A DNA stretch of 63,968 nucleotides, taken from positions 186,001 to 249,968 of the forward strand of contig FLMG01000355.1 in NCBI GenBank assembly GCA_900088475.1, read 5' to 3'. Position numbers and translations under genes: made by a program. The DNA is from Hyphochytrium catenoides (lineage: Eukaryota > Protista > Hyphochytriomycota). A model generated the notes under the pieces. That model was not told the DNA's origin. It worked only from the letters and a program-made list of their open reading frames with translations, and made no database searches. Below are positions 62,401 to 63,968 of the stretch, piece after piece (the first letter of the stretch is position 1; each line of letters opens with the position of its first letter).

Positions 62401-63968
62401 CGTCATCCCTTCAGATCTGCGGTACAGCGGTGGTGATTGCTATTGGCTACTATCAGATGACCTCACTCTTCCTAGAGTTCCAACTGGACTGGCCGGGCTC
62501 CATCAAAAAGTGAGGATATAGAGAGAGAATTGAGGACCTTCTTACCCTTTCTCCCTTTACTCTCTTCCATCTTCTACGCTGCGCTGGCCAACACCACCTT
62601 ACCTTACCGTTGATGCTACCATTGACTCTTCGACGCGTATCAGTCTCATGTGAACCCTCTAAAGGTCTTCTGTCTCTGTTTATTCTCTGCCTGTCGTCTT
62701 CATTTGCCTGAGATTCATTCTAAAGCGAAAAGCTATGATTTCATCGCGATATCAACGCTTACTGCAGACACATGCCAACCCTCTATTCTCCATCTCACTC
62801 TCTCTCACCTCTCTCCCTTTTCTCTCTCTCTTTCTCTCTCGCGCTCTCTCTCTCTGTTTCTCTCTTTTATTTTTCTTCTTCTCCTCTCTCTCTCTCTCTC
62901 TCTCTTTCTAACTCTCTCTCTTTCTAACGCTCTTTTCTTCTAACTCTCTCTCTCCCTCTCCCTCTTTTTTAACTCTCTTTTTCTCTCTCTCTCTCTCTCT
63001 TTGCCGCAAGCAGATTTTTTGATGTCTTTGGGTCTATCTTTACCATCAACTTGGCAGATCTACTAACCTCACCGGAGTGCACTTGGCGACTCAACTTCTA
63101 TCAAAAGTGGGTTGCCAGCGTCGTCTCTCCCCTTTCTCTCCTTCTCCTATTCTTTACTTGGTATGTCGCCAGTGGCATTAAGTTCCAGGACCCACAGAAG
63201 AGACGGAATGCACAAGGTGCGAGGATGGTATTGAAGCGCCATTCCACTTCTTCTTCTTCCTCATCGCTTGCTTCAACTCTAGAAGAACTGTGTCCGTTCG
63301 GAACCGTAAACTTTTTTGCTCGAAACTCCTTCAACAGAAAACGCAAGGTTCTCTGCTTACAGATCTCTATCTCTTCCAGTCGATCTGCCTCTATCTCACC
63401 AATCCCCTTCTCTCTCTCTCTCTTCTCCAAATTTGCTCTATCGATCCCTCATAGACCGTTGCATCACGGCGGGAGTGGTAGTGATGACGATCATGTACGT
63501 TTTAGCCACTGCCAAGACCATTCAGCCTATCGTCTGCACTTCACAGCCCAATGGCATCAGCACCATGGACGCTCAGCCTAACATTCAGTGTTGCAACTGG
63601 TTCCTGGATGGCTGCCAAAAAGAGGAAGAGAAACAATTTCTTCTCTTCTCCTTTGCATCTGTCGTCTGCTTTCTTCTCTATGGTGTGGGGCTGCCCCTCT
63701 TCCTGTTTAGGAAGATGCAGAAAGCAAAAAGGCTTAACCTACTGGGAGATGGAAACTTTATTCAACGCTATGGCTGGCTCTGTAAGTCGAAGCTGAAGAA
63801 TGTGAAAACCCGGACGCAGAAAGAGAGTAGAAAGGACAGATCAGATGATAAGAGAGAACAGAAAGGGGACAAGAGAGAGAGAGAGAGGGAAGGAGAGAGA
63901 GAGCGAAGACTAAGAACGCATCTCTTCAATATCTTCGAGCTCGAAGTCCGATACTTCTTCTCTAAGTC
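58315..63968 (+). CDS. Large receptor-like membrane protein (3'-truncated): signal peptide, PQQ/BamB-like beta-propeller, Cys-rich repeats, multi-pass TM region
   Basis: Propeller blades VTAVDKEGNIVWKY, LYSLDLNGVLRW, SSPTLAPNGLLYMG, GRLYALSSSMKEIWSF, TTPLISPDGTVLIG; Cys-rich CPKGTF..CIPCGSGDYS..CSTCEAGSW and CQDGRSGTACSACEEGYY..CKKCP; TM region IAIGYYQMTS..WP, SPECTWRLNFYQKW, MDAQPNIQC, YGVGLP, RYGWL. Confidence 0.85.

Overview
Gene-dense eukaryotic nuclear DNA with GT-AG spliceosomal introns, (GA/CT)n microsatellites and four N-gaps. Stramenopile-type CxxxxC...CxxHGGG zinc-finger repeats and flagellar genes point to a flagellated protist, probably a stramenopile (inference). Splicing by hand gives 13 protein genes: a dynein LC4-type EF-hand protein (-), nucleoporin Tpr/Mlp (-), PYROXD2 (+), a C2-like + Dzip1-N-like protein (+), TruB (+), intronless INO1 (-), an intronless mucin-like type-I membrane protein (+), eIF6 (-), a TMC channel-like protein (+), mitochondrial aconitase (+), a ~13-finger WRKY19-like zinc-finger protein (-), an intron-rich DUF2804 protein (+), and a large receptor-like protein running off the window end (+). 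Intergenic regions hold decayed coding fragments and short duplications. I found no rRNA, tRNA, CRISPR array or intact transposon. The best leads are the architecture of the last gene (PQQ-type propeller, Cys-rich repeats, a phage-tail-fibre-like cytoplasmic insert probably spliced through a GC-AG intron, multi-pass TM region), a phase-incompatible splice junction in the zinc-finger gene, the C2-Dzip fusion and the protist TMC with a Cys-rich loop. The sequence alone does not demonstrate a new multi-gene system. All family assignments come from recalled motifs, not database searches.
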